Positions 26,325-39,192 of a stretch of DNA of 64,000 bases are shown piece by piece. The notes beneath the pieces are model-generated. The model had not been told where the DNA came from. It saw only the letters and a list, made by a program, of their open reading frames with translations, and searched no databases. A program made the position numbers and the translations under genes. The stretch is taken from NCBI RefSeq assembly GCF_009914755.1, contig NC_060926.1; one strand, given 5' to 3'. The first letter of the stretch is position 1. The number at the start of each line of letters is the position of its first letter. The stretch is from the human T2T-CHM13v2.0 reference genome, Homo sapiens.

Positions 26325-28704
26325 GGTCAAGAACCTACCAAAATCCCCCTTTTGTGGCTCCTAGTTCATTTAAAAAAAATATTTAAAGTCAGAGGCAGAA
26401 ATTTCCTCTGGGAAATCTATTTTAGGCAAGCAAGGTCTCAGACCTAATTTGTTTCTGTTTATTTGCTTTTGAAAACCAAGCATTCACAAGTGGCCATCTC
26501 CAGAGCTTGACAAGAAGAGTTGGCCTGAGTGACGGGCACTTCTCCCTGGGCTGGGCAGGTCCTGTCTCAGAGGGACCACAGGGTGGGTGTGGTGTGTAGG
26601 GGCTATGCCTGCCCCGCTCCTCTGCCCTCCCAATACAGCCGACTCCACATGACCTGAGGACAGGGGGTTGTTTATTTTGGGTTTCTTATGAATCCCATGG
26701 TTTGAGTGTCCCACACCATTCTCTTTTGGATTTCTTCTCCAGTTTGTGGACACAGAGCCCCAGGCATTTTTTTTCAGAATGGGGACCTCCACGTAAGGGT
26801 TCTAAGGCCCTGCATGTCAGAAATATTTATTTCACTAAGGGGATAATGATCTCACCCAAGATTGCAAAGGCCCTGAGGCTATTTTATTCTATGCTATGCA
26901 TGCGTGGTGTTCAGGTTTATGAACGGTTCCACTCCATTGCCAGGCCAGTCTGCAGTCTAATCCTGGTTCCCCTGGGAAGCTCAGAAGCTCAGAAGCACGG
27001 GTTTTCTCTCTGAACAGGTCTAGGGTCTTCTCTTCCTGTTGGTTTTCTGGAGTTTGATGAGTTTGATGTGTTTAGGTTTGTCAACCTTTTTTCATTCTTA
27101 ATGCTTGACATTCGTGCCCCCATACAACCTGAAAACTGTTCATCTCCGAGAACTTTCTTCTTTCTTTATTAATTTCCCCCTCTTTATTTCCTTTATCACT
27201 ATTAGTTTTTTTGAATTTCTACTACTAAATGGATTTGGATTGTCTAAATTTATCTTCCATTGGTTTTAGCTTTTTTTTTTTTTTTGCTTTTTTTTTTTAT
27301 CTCTTTCTTCTCCATGTTCTGGAAGGTTTTCTAAAATTTACCTTTGACTTCCTCAATTGCACTTTAAATTTTCAGTACTCCAATTTTAATTTTCAAAATT
27401 AGGTTTTGTCACAGTCACACATTTGCATTTATTTTGGTCAATTTTTGTCTTTACAAAAGGATAGAGATCATGTCGCACCACTGTGTGGTTAATATCTCAC
27501 ACAAGGTACATTATATGTAAACATTTGATCAATAATAGAGTGAAGAAATAAAGGAAGAAAGAAGTGAGTGAGAGCGTCTCTGCACAGGGCTGGTGCCACA
27601 TTGTCCCTGTTCCTCACAACTGTATAAAGTGGGTGTTACTAGCCTCATTCTGCAGATGTTGGACAGAAGCTGGAAAGGGTACACAATTTGGCCATTTTTG
27701 CACAGTTGATGAGTAAGTTGGGAAAGGAAGCACAGGGTGTCCTGAAGTAATTCAGGCAAAAGTAAAATAGGGAACAACGTCAGGACCTCCTGGGTTCCCT
27801 TTGTTGGGCATGACCTCTTAGCACCTCAGGGTTCAGCTGAAGAAAAGGCCTCGTTCCAACCTGGTACCCCGGGGATTCTTGGTTTACTTTTTCATTCCTC
27901 GAATGGGTCTTGTTACCTCCAGATCCTCTTGCTCAGAGGTGGGGGGGTCACCTTCTTTCTACATGGAAATAGGATGGTGGCTGTCAGGTTTTAACCCTGC
28001 TCCACGGTGAGAAATAGATTTTACATCTTGATCCCGTGTGCACATCCTATGTATATTATAGAGATTTGAAACCGTGATAAAATCAAACATTTCACAGAAC
28101 AACACCTTCTTAATATGTATGACATCCTCAAATGCTTTCCATTCTACTTCTTTTTATTGACATTAGTACTGCCTCCTCAGACTGGTATCACAACTCACAA
28201 ATGAATTGTGGCCACAGTTGGAGAAACACCGGTGTAACTTAGCTGGGGTATATTTTCTCCATGGTCTCTCGACCATGAGACTTGGTGTGTGATTGTGCGG
28301 TTGGCTCTCTGCTGCTGCCGAACAGCAGCCTGCCTTGACCTCTTCTAGCCCAATACCTCATCACCACTTATGGTAATAAGATACTGAAAACATTATCTAT
28401 GATACCAGTTGTAAAGTACAGTTGGGTATCTCTCAGTTTCATGTAGAATTCAATTTCAAAACTGCTTTCCATGTATGCCACATGCTTCAGTTGGTCTGTC
28501 ATTGGATGCCACTGGTAAGTGTCAGGCCACTGTTGTGCTCCAGGTTGCCTAAGAGACAATGAGGATGGAATGTATGAAGTGACTGAAGGCCTTCGGTGGA
28601 CCAAGCATTATACTAACTGCAAAAGGGTGTAATCATTTGTCCTTACTCACAGGGTAGGGTCAATGTTTTTCAGGGTAAATATTCAACATGATACTTTAGC
28701 CTTG

Positions 28705-29085
28705 TGATATGTGTCCCCACCCAAATCTCACCTTGAATTGTAATCTTGAATTGTAATCCCCATAGTCCCCACATGTCAAGGGTGGCACCAAGTGGAGGTA
28801 ACTGGATCACGGGGGCGGGGCAGTTTCCCCCATGCTGTTCTCATGATAGAGAGTGAGTTTCAAGAGATCTGATGGTTTTATGAGTGTCTGGCATTTCCCT
28901 TGCTTGCACTTCTCCTTCCTGCCACCTTGTGAAGAAGGTGCCTTGCTCCTTCTTTACCTTCTGCCAGGATTGTAAGTTTCCTGAGCCCTCCCCAGCTATG
29001 TTAAAGCGTGAGTTGATTAAACCTCTTTTCTTTATAAATTAGTCTCCAGTGTGTCCTTGTAGCAGCATGAGAATGGACTAATATA
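28705..29085 (+). mobile_element. MaLR solo LTR (THE1D-like)
   Basis: tgatat..gtgtccccacccaaatctca...gagaatggactaatata; 5-bp TSD ccttg on both sides. Confidence 0.88.
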
Positions 29086-29951
29086 CCTTGGGAATTGCTG
29101 AGAACCAATCTATGCCTCCACGTCAACCCCACGGTAAGCTTACAACTGCTCCAAAATATGCACCTGTTCTTCCTGAGTCCCGTTCCCATTTCCCACTTAG
29201 ACTTGCTCGATTCCCATGGCCTGCTCTGCATGGGGGGCATCTGTGCTTCTGGTGTGTGTCTCTCAACACAGCCTCACACTTCCTGCCAAAGGCTTTTTGG
29301 GCTTTTCCACGTGACGTTTCACATAAATTGTTGAAAAAGTCAGCAGGTAGGAGGGTCACTTATTAAACACCCCTCAGCCTTCTCCTCCAAGTTCCCTGTG
29401 ACAGTGAATAGTAACAACCCAGGCCCCCAGTCCAGGTTTGCCCACCGTCACCCTGGCCCATGGTCCTGGCCTCTGGGTAGCTCCTCTCAGCCTCCCAGTG
29501 CCTCTCAACAGAGCTCTTCTCTCCCTCCTGCTGTGTGGCTTGATTCCCACTGATGGACCATGGCCTGTGGGCCTGCTGCTGCTTCCTCCGGCAGCCACAG
29601 GGGCTTCTCTCCTGGGGTGGGTGCCTTGGCACCTCCTGCCCCTTCTCTATGTCTTTGTGAGATGTCCCCTTCCTGTACCTGAGTCTTCAGTGCCACCCCA
29701 TCACCTTTGAGGTAAGACAGCACCCTGGTGTGGGGCCCATGGGTGCTTAGGGCTGCCGAGCCTCCTCCATGTCTGCACGCCTTCCTGTGTGGACCCCCAC
29801 TTTCCCTGACTAAGTCTCCCCTCAGCCTCTGGGAGCAGCACCTGTTCTCATGGCCCCAGGCCCGGCTGCTTCAGGCACCCTCACTCCACTCCCTCAGTGC
29901 ACCATGCTTCCTTTTCCATCATGAAGCCTAATACATTGATTCATGCCTTTC

Positions 29952-32245
29952 GTGCATGCCTTCTTTCCTGCATGAGTTCTTTCCTGCAGGCGTTCTTTCC
30001 TGCAGGCATTCTTTCCTGCAAGCGTTCTTTCCTGCATGCCTTCTTTCCTGCATGCCTTCTTTCCTGCATGCATTCTTTCCTGCATACTTTCCTGCAGGCG
30101 TTCTTTCCTGCATATGTTCTTTCCTGCGTGCCTTCTTTCCTGCGTGCCTTCCTTCCTGTGTGCCTTCTTTCCTGCATACGTTCTTTCCTGTGTGCCTTCT
30201 TTCCTGCGTGCCTCCTTTCCTGCAGGCGTTCTTTCCTGAATATGTTCTTTCCTGCAGGCGTTCTTTCCTGCAGGCGTTCTTTCCTGCAGGCATTCTTTCC
30301 TGCAGGCGTTCTTTCCTGCATGCGTTCTTTCCTGCATGCATTCTTTCCTGCATGCGTTCTTTCCTGCATGCATTCTTTCCTGCATGCGTTCTTTCCTGCA
30401 GGCGTTCTTTCCTGCATACGTTCTTTCCTGCGTGCCTTCTTTCCTGTGTGCCTTCTTTCCTGCAGGCGTTCTTTCCTGCATGCGTTCTTTCCTGCATGCG
30501 TTCTTTCCTGCATGCGTTCTTTCCTGCAGGCGTTCTTTCCTGAATATGTTCTTTCCTGCTTGCCTTCTTTCCTGCAGGCATTCTTTCCTGCAGGCATTAT
30601 TTCCTGCATACGTTCTTTCCTGCATGCGTTCTTTCCTGCGTGCCTTCTCTTCTGCAGGCGTTCTTTCCTGCATGCGTTCTTTCCTGCAGGCATTCTTTCC
30701 TGTGTGCCTTCTTTCCTGCAGGCATTCTTTCCTGCGTGCCTTCTTTCCTGCGTGCCTTCTTTCCTGCGTGCATTCTTTCCTGTGTGCCTTTCCTGCGTGC
30801 CTTCTTTCCTGCGTGCCTTCTTTCCTGCAGGCGTTCTTTCCTGAATACGTTCTTTCCTGCAGGCATTCTTTCCTGCATGTGTTCTTTCCTGCAGGCATTC
30901 TTTCCTGCATGTGTTCTTTCCTGCATGCGCTCTTTCCTGCATGCGTTCTTTCCTGTAGGAGTTCTTTCCTGCATGTGTTCTTTCCTGCATGCGTTCTTTC
31001 CTGCAGGCATTCTTTCCTGCATGCGTTCTTTCCTGCATGCGTTCTTTCCTGCATGCCTTCTTTCCTGCAGGCGTTCTTTCCTGCATGCCTTCTTTCCTGC
31101 GTGCCTTCTTTCCTGCAGGCGTTCTTTCCTGAATACATTCTTTCCTGCATGCGTTCTTTCCTGCAGGCGTTCTTTCCTGAATATGTTCTTTCCTGCTTGC
31201 CTTCTTTCCTGCATGCATTCTTTCCTGCAGGCATTATTTCCTGCATATGTTCTTTCCTGCATGTGTTTTTTCCTGCAGGCATTCTTTCCTGAATATGTTC
31301 TTTCCTGCGTGCCTTCTCTCCTGCAGGCGTTCTTTCCTGCATGCGTTCTTTCCTGCATACGTTCTTTCCTGTGTGCCTTCTTTCCTGCAGGCGTTCTTTC
31401 CTGCGTGCCTTCTTTCCTGCGTGCGTTCTTTCCTGTGTGCCTTTCCTGCATGCGTTCTTTCCTGCATGCCTTCTTTCCTGCCTGCTTTCTTTCCTGCGTG
31501 CGTTCTTTCCTCATGCGTTCTTTCCTGTGTGCCTTCTTTCCTGCATGCGTTCTTTCCTGCATGTGTTCTTTCCTGAATGCGTTCTTTCCTGCAGGCATTC
31601 TTTCCTGCATGTGTTCTTTCCTGCATGTGTTCTTTCCTGCAGGCATTCTTTCCTGAATATGTTCTTTCCTGCTTGCCTTCTTTCCTGCATGCATTCTTTC
31701 CTGCAGGCATTATTTCCTGCATATGTTCTTTCCTGCATGTGTTTTTTCCTGCAGGCGTTCTTTCCTGAATATGTTCTTTCCTGCATGCGTTCTTTCCTGC
31801 GTGCCTTCTCTCCTGCAGGCGTTCTTTCCTGCATGCGTTCTTTCCTGTGTGCCTTCTTTCCTGCAGGCGTTCTTTCCTGCGTGCCTTCTTTCCTGCGTGC
31901 GTTCTTTCCTGTGTGCCTTTCCTGCATGCGTTCTTTCCTGCATGCCTTCTTTCCTGCCTGCTTTCTTTCCTGCCTGCTTTCTTTCCTGCATGCGTTCTTT
32001 CCTCATGCGTTCTTTCCTGCGTGCCTTCTTTCCTGCATGCGTTCTTTCCTGCATGTGTTCTTTCCTGAATGCGTTCTTTCCTGCAGGTGTTCTTTCCTGC
32101 ATGCGTTCTTTCCTGCATGCATTCTTTCCTGCATGCGTTCTTTCCTGCAGGTGTTCTTTCCTGCATGCATTCTTTCCTGCATGTGTTCTTTCCTGCATGC
32201 CTTCTTTCCTGCATGAGTTCTTTCCTCCATGCGTTGTTTCCTGCA
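29952..32245. repeat. Large minisatellite, ~140 x 16 bp (consensus gcgttctttcctgcat) with higher-order blocks
   Basis: Direct reading; it explains all the long CRKE/FFPA ORFs on both strands. Confidence 0.97.
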
Positions 32246-32647
32246 CGTGTTCTTTCACTCATGGCTTCTTTCTTTTGCACCCTTTCTTACTTCAGACACA
32301 AACACATCATTATGTGGTACTCTAACAGTCTGCTTATAGCCTAGTTTCTCCATTTCATTAAAAAAAATGTTATCATGTATGTTTGATGTTTACAACATGT
32401 TGATATGGGATACACATACATCGTAGAATGCTTACTATAGTGAAACAAATTAACTTGTTTATCATCTCAGTTACTTTTTTGTGACAAGAGCAGCTAAAAT
32501 CTACTTAGTTAGCAAAGCCTCCAACACAGTATAATTTTATTAACTTTAGTTTTCATATTGGGCATTAGATCTCTAGACTTGATCATCCCACATATCTGCT
32601 ATTTTGTATCATTTGACTTATATCTCCCCATCACCCCCCACCCATAA

Positions 32648-33058
<411 letters not shown>

Positions 33059-33465
33059 TGACTTATATTACGTAGTATAATATTTTCTGGGTATATCTAT
33101 ATTGTGGCAAATAGCAGGATTGCATTCTTCTTAAGGCTGAATAATATTTCATTGAAGATATATATATATATATATATCCCCCACATTTTTGCCATCCATT
33201 TGTCCATTAGGTTGCTTCTTTATCTTGGCTATTGTCAATCATGCTGCAATGAACATGGGAGTTGCAGGCATCCTTACGAGGCATTGATTTTGTCTCCTTT
33301 GGAATTTCCTCAGGAGGATTGGTGGGTCACATGGTAGTTCTATTTTTAATGTACTGTTTTTCATAATGGCTGTACCAAGCCACATTCCCATCTACAGTGT
33401 GCAAGGCTTCCCTTTTGTCCACAACCTCACCAACCCTTGCTATCTCTTGATTTTTGGATAATAGC

Positions 33466-33800
33466 TGTAAACCAAAAAGTATCTGAGATGGGTATCAATC
33501 AATTTAGAAGGTTATTTTGCCAAGGTTAAGGAAAAAAACAAAACAGAATTACAGAAACTGTCTGTGCCTTTCTCCAAAGATGAATTTGAGAGCTTCAATA
33601 TTTAACAGGGAAAACTGGCACTTTACATAAGATAAGGTGAATGAGGAGTTGCTACCTGTGGAGATATTTAACCTTTTATCTGTAGCTATCTGCTTCGGAA
33701 CAAAGGGAAAGGTAACTTCTTGCATGACTCAGATTTCAGCTTATTTTTTTTTCTTTTGGCCTAGGGAATTGTGGTCCCAACTTGTTTTTTTCCATTCACA
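33466..33800 (-). mobile_element. ERV1 solo LTR, MER4-like, nested in L1
   Basis: tgtaaaccaaaaagtatctgaga...aatcaatttagaa...ttttccattcaca; near-TSD tagc/cagc. Confidence 0.75.
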
Positions 33801-33836
33801 CAGCTGTCCTTCCATGTGTGAGGTGGTAACTTATGA

Positions 33837-34513
33837 TGAAACCACCTTTGATAAATGGTAACAGTGAGAAAATTCTGGGAGTGGAAGATCTGATCCAGCC
33901 AATGCCATTTTGCCTTTACCCTCAAGCTGCCAAACTAGCTTTGGGAGACATTTAGTTGATAGTTTAAATGATAATTAATAGGCCTTCCCCCAAACCCAAC
34001 TGCCTTTGTAAAGCTAATGAGAGACCACCTGGTGAGGGGGAGGAGAGGAGCCTGAATTCTGCTAAGGTGTGGACATTCATGATGGTCAGCCATTATTCCG
34101 GAGGTCCTGCAGAGAGCATCTCTATAGTAGAACCTACGATTGGCTTTTTGAGGCATCTTCTCAGGTTTTTTGCATGTCTGACACCCATGGCTCCATGTGG
34201 ACCCCCCAATAGATGACTCTGTCACTCCTGTGGCCCCACTCAGAAACCACTCAGTGCACAGGGGGACCTTTCCCACACCCTGTGATTGTATCCTAGTCAG
34301 TTGGCAGCAAGCAGCCTGCCTAGGCGCCCCACACTTTCCTCAAACTGTCCTTGAAAATCCCTTAACCTACAAGCCTTCCATGAGGTTGATTTGAGTTAAT
34401 AACTCCATCTGCCACGGGCGTGGCCAGCCTCGCATTAATTAAACTCTTGGTTTACTGCAATGCCCTGGTCTTCATTTGTGCAGTGGGCAGGAAGAACAGG
34501 CCAGGAGGTTACA
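33837..34513 (+). mobile_element. ERV1 solo LTR, LTR8A-like, nested in L1
   Basis: tgaaaccacctttg...gggcaggaagaac...ggttaca; 4-bp TSD atga. Confidence 0.8.
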
Positions 34514-37149
34514 ATGATGGCTTTATTTTGCGTTTCCCATTTGAGGAGTGATGCTGAACACCTTCTCATTTGCCTGTTGGACATTTTTATTTGTTGTTTT
34601 GAAAAATGTCTGTTTACGGCCTTCGCTCATTTGAGGATTATTTGCCTTATTTTTACTGTTGATTTGTAAGAGTTATTTATACATTTTGGATATTAACCCC
34701 TTATCAGATGTGATTTGCAAACTTTTTTTTTCCACTCTATAGGCTGCTTTTTCATTGTGATATTGTTTCTTTGGCTGTGCAGAAGCTTTATGGTTTTGTG
34801 TAGTCCATTTATTTATTTTTGTTTTGTCATTTAAGCTTTTGGGTAACATTTTAAAAAGTGTTGCTGTGACCAAGGTCAAGGAGATTTTTCCCAACATTTT
34901 CTTCTTGGAGTTTTATGGTTTCAGGTTTTACATTTAGGGCTTGCATCCATTTTGAGTTATTATTATTTTTTTTAATGTATAAGACAAGGATCCAATTTTA
35001 TTATCTTCCATGTGAAAATTCAGTTTTCCCAGCACGGTTTATTGAAGGGACTGTCCTTTCCCCATTGTGTCCTCTTGGTGACCTTGTCAAAAATTAGTTG
35101 CGCATATTTGTTTCAATTTATTTGGGGGCTCTTTGTTCTGTTCCACGGGTCTATGGTTCTGTTTTTATGCCAGTATCATACTGCTTTAATATCTATAGCT
35201 TTGTAATATAATTTTAAATCAAGAAGTATGATTCCTCCAACTTTGTTTTTCCTTCTCAGTGGTTTTTTTTTTCTTTTTTTCCTGGCTTCTTGGAGTTTTT
35301 TGTGGTTCTACAAACATTTTAGGATATTTTCCCAATTTCTGTGAAAATTGCTATTGTTGCTATTGAAGATTTTAATAGGGATTGTGTTAAATCTGTATAT
35401 TACTTTGGGTAGTATGGACATTTTAACAATACTAATTCTTCCTAATGAACATGAAATATCTTTTCATTTATTTGTGCCTTTTTCCATTTCTTTCCTTAAT
35501 GTTTTATAGTTTTTGGTGTACATATCATTTACCTCCTTTGTTAAATTTGTTCCAAAATATCTTTTTTGATGCTATCATAAATGGGATTGTTTTACTGATT
35601 TATTTTCCAGCTAGGTTATTATTTTTCTATACAAATGCTACTGATTTTTGTATGCTGATTTTGTATTCTGCAACTTTGCCGAATTCATTCATAATTCTAA
35701 CAGTGCTTTTGTGTGTAATCTTTGGGGTTTTCTACATATTGGATCATGTCATCTGCAAATAGAGAAATGCTACTTCTTCCTTCTGAAGTGGATCCCTTTT
35801 GTTTATCTTATTTCATTTCTTGTCTGACTGCTCTTGTTAGTACTTCTAATCCCATGCTGAATAGAAGTGGCGAGAGAGGGCATCTCTGCTTTCTACTGGA
35901 TCTTAGTGGCAAAGTTTCAGTTGCTCCCTGTTAATTATATTAGCTGCAGGTTTTACATGATAGCCTTCATAATGCTGAGAAACTTTTCTTCTATACCTAA
36001 ACTGTTAAGAGTTTTTTTTTTTTTTTTTTTTCATGAAAGGGTGTTGAACTTTGTGAAAAGCTTTTTCTGTGTCAGTTGAGATGATCATGGGGTTTTAAAA
36101 TCTTTCATTCTGTTAATGGGATGCATCACATTGATTGATTTGCATATTTGAAACCAGCCTCCCATTGCATTTTAAAGATTATTCTAAAGCTGTGCAAAGG
36201 CTCTGCCTTTACATTTTGGGCATCTATGGGGTAAAATGGAGAGTACACCAAGGCAGTGCCCATCTGGCAGAACTTCAGAGTAGATTCTCCTGCTTCTCCT
36301 CCTGCTTAGCTGCTTTTCTGTGTAGAGAGTGAGGAAGGTGAGACGTACAGGCAGCAGGGGATTAAGAAACAACTTGTCCCTAAATGACCCTTCAGGTCTG
36401 GGGGAAAACATTTGGAAGAATGGGAAGCCAAATGTTTTCCCCCTAGACCTAGATGTCTGAAGCTGCAAGTCTGAAGGCTGACTGTATGTTGTTAAGTTCT
36501 GCTTGGCTATGAACAAGCTGTGAAATGCAGGGACAGTTAGGTGTTGTCTGGGTGTAGACAGGGCCTGCTGCCAGTGACAGCAGTGTGCTAGGAAGAAAGG
36601 CACATGGGAGGTGCCACTCTGCTGCTGTCTGTCCATCATAGCCACAGATTCATTATATTGGATCAAGTCTCGGTATCTTCTGGATACACTCCCCATGGCT
36701 GCTACTACCCAGTGATCGATCCGACGCCCTTCTAGGGATGTTCTGTCATTTAAAGACCAGGGATTACATCCATGATCTTCTATGCAATGGCTTTGTGAAC
36801 TTTAAGATTCAGAAGCCACACCCACAGCTAACATCATACAGAACAAAGTAGGAGGGCAAACACTTCCCGACTTCAAAACTCACTACAAAGCAACAGCAAT
36901 CAAGACAGAGTGGTGCCACATATGGACAGACATGATGCAGCTCAGCGGAACAGAACCCATACCAAGAAGTAACTCACGCGTCTACTGTCAACAGACTCTT
37001 CACAGGGGTGCCGGGGCTAGTCAAAGGGGAGAGAATCATCTTTTTAACCAACCGGATATCCCCATGCAAACAGGGGTACTCATTTCTGAGTACTTCAGCC
37101 CAGTGAGATGGAGTTGGTGGCAGCCTGCCTCCAGCATGTCCCTATCTCA

Positions 37150-37553
<404 letters not shown>

Positions 37554-38663
37554 CTGTAACTATACAACTCTCAGATTTGGCAACATATTCTTAAATATGA
37601 CAACAAAAGCATGAGCAATTAAAAAGTAGATAAATTGAACGCTATCAAAATTTTAAAAAACAGACTTTTGTGTTGCAAATACACCACCACAAAAGTGAAA
37701 AAAACAATCTACAGAAGGGGAGAAGGTATTTAAAAATCATATATTGATAAGGGATTTCTATCCAGAATATATAAATAATTATTATAAATCAATAATAGAA
37801 TGACAACCCAGTTAACAACTGGCAAAGGATCTGAACAGATATTTCTCCAAAGAAAATCTGCAAAAAACCCTAAACACACAAAAAGACTGTCAATATCATT
37901 AGTCATCAGAGATGTATAAATCAAAACTACAGTGAGACCATGCTATACCCACTGGGATGTCCAGAAGCAAACATGAGATGCTGACAAGTGCTGGTCACTT
38001 GTCACTTGCTGTATGCAGACAGCCCTCATTGCACTTGAGGATGGCCCCAGGTGCTAGACCACCAAGGGAATCAGAACATGCCTACGTTGCTGGTGAGAAT
38101 GTCAATGGTGCAGTCACTTTAGAAAACAGTGAGGCAGCTCCTGAACGGATTCACCAGAGTCGAGTCACTATGTGACCCAGAAATTCCATTCCTAAAGAAG
38201 CATTAAGAACATGTTCACACATTCATATAAAGACTGTATATGTTTACTGTAACTTTATTTGTGACAGCCAAAATGGAATCTCCTTAAATTTCCATCTACT
38301 GATGAATGGACAAAGAGAATGGGGCTGATTTATATAATAAAGTTCACTAATGTGGGATATATATGAATTCATAGATAATGAAATATATATCTGCCATAAA
38401 AAGTTATGAAGCACTGATAGATGCTACGACATAAATGAAGGTTTAACACATTATGCTAAGTGAGAGAAGTCAGTCTCACACGGCCACGTCTAATGATTCC
38501 ATTTACATAACAAGTGCAGAATGGAGAAAGTTGCAGAGGCAGAAGGTAGATTAGTGGCCACTTGGGGCCAGAGTCGGGGAATGTGGGAGTGATGGGGTTT
38601 CTTTCTGAGGTGATGAAAATGTTCTAAAGTTGACTGGGTGATACTTGTTTGTATCTGTGACTA

Positions 38664-39192
38664 TCATAGGCCCGCTTATTTGTGGTTTTCCTTTTCATGG
38701 TTTCAGATACCCAAGGTCAACAATGGTCCAAAAATATTCAACGGAAAATTCCAGAAATAAACCATGATGAATTTTCCATTGTGTGCTCGTGATGAAATCT
38801 CCCGCCCTCCAGTTCCATCTGGCTGGGACATGAATCATTCCTTTGTCCAGTGCGTCCGTCCACACCGCACACCCTACCCACCCGTCAGTCACTTGGAAGC
38901 CATCTCAGTCATGAGAGCCACCGCTGTGGTACCGCAGTGTTGTATGCAGGGTGCCTCATTGCACTTCAGGGTGGCCCCAGGTGATAGAGCACCGAGGCCG
39001 GCTTGTTGTTTATCATCGCTCCATGTCATTAGTTATTATTGTTAACCTCTTCCTGGGCCAGAGTTGTAAATTAAACTTTACCGCAAATATGTGTGTATGT
39101 GAAAAAACATAGTATATGGAGTTTTGGCACTATCCATGGTTTCAGGTGCCCACGGGGGGTCTTGGAATGTATCCCACAGATACAGGAGAAGA
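38664..39192 (+). mobile_element. MER44 (Tigger7-derived non-autonomous DNA transposon)
   Basis: cccgcttat..gtggtttt...catggtttcag.tacc.aaggtcaac and terminal ggggtcttggaatgtatccc match my recall of the MER44 ends. Confidence 0.75.

Noticed and set aside
29894-32344. Long ORFs up to 482 aa on both strands
   Set aside because: They are translations of a stop-poor 16-bp minisatellite in all frames, with no gene structure.
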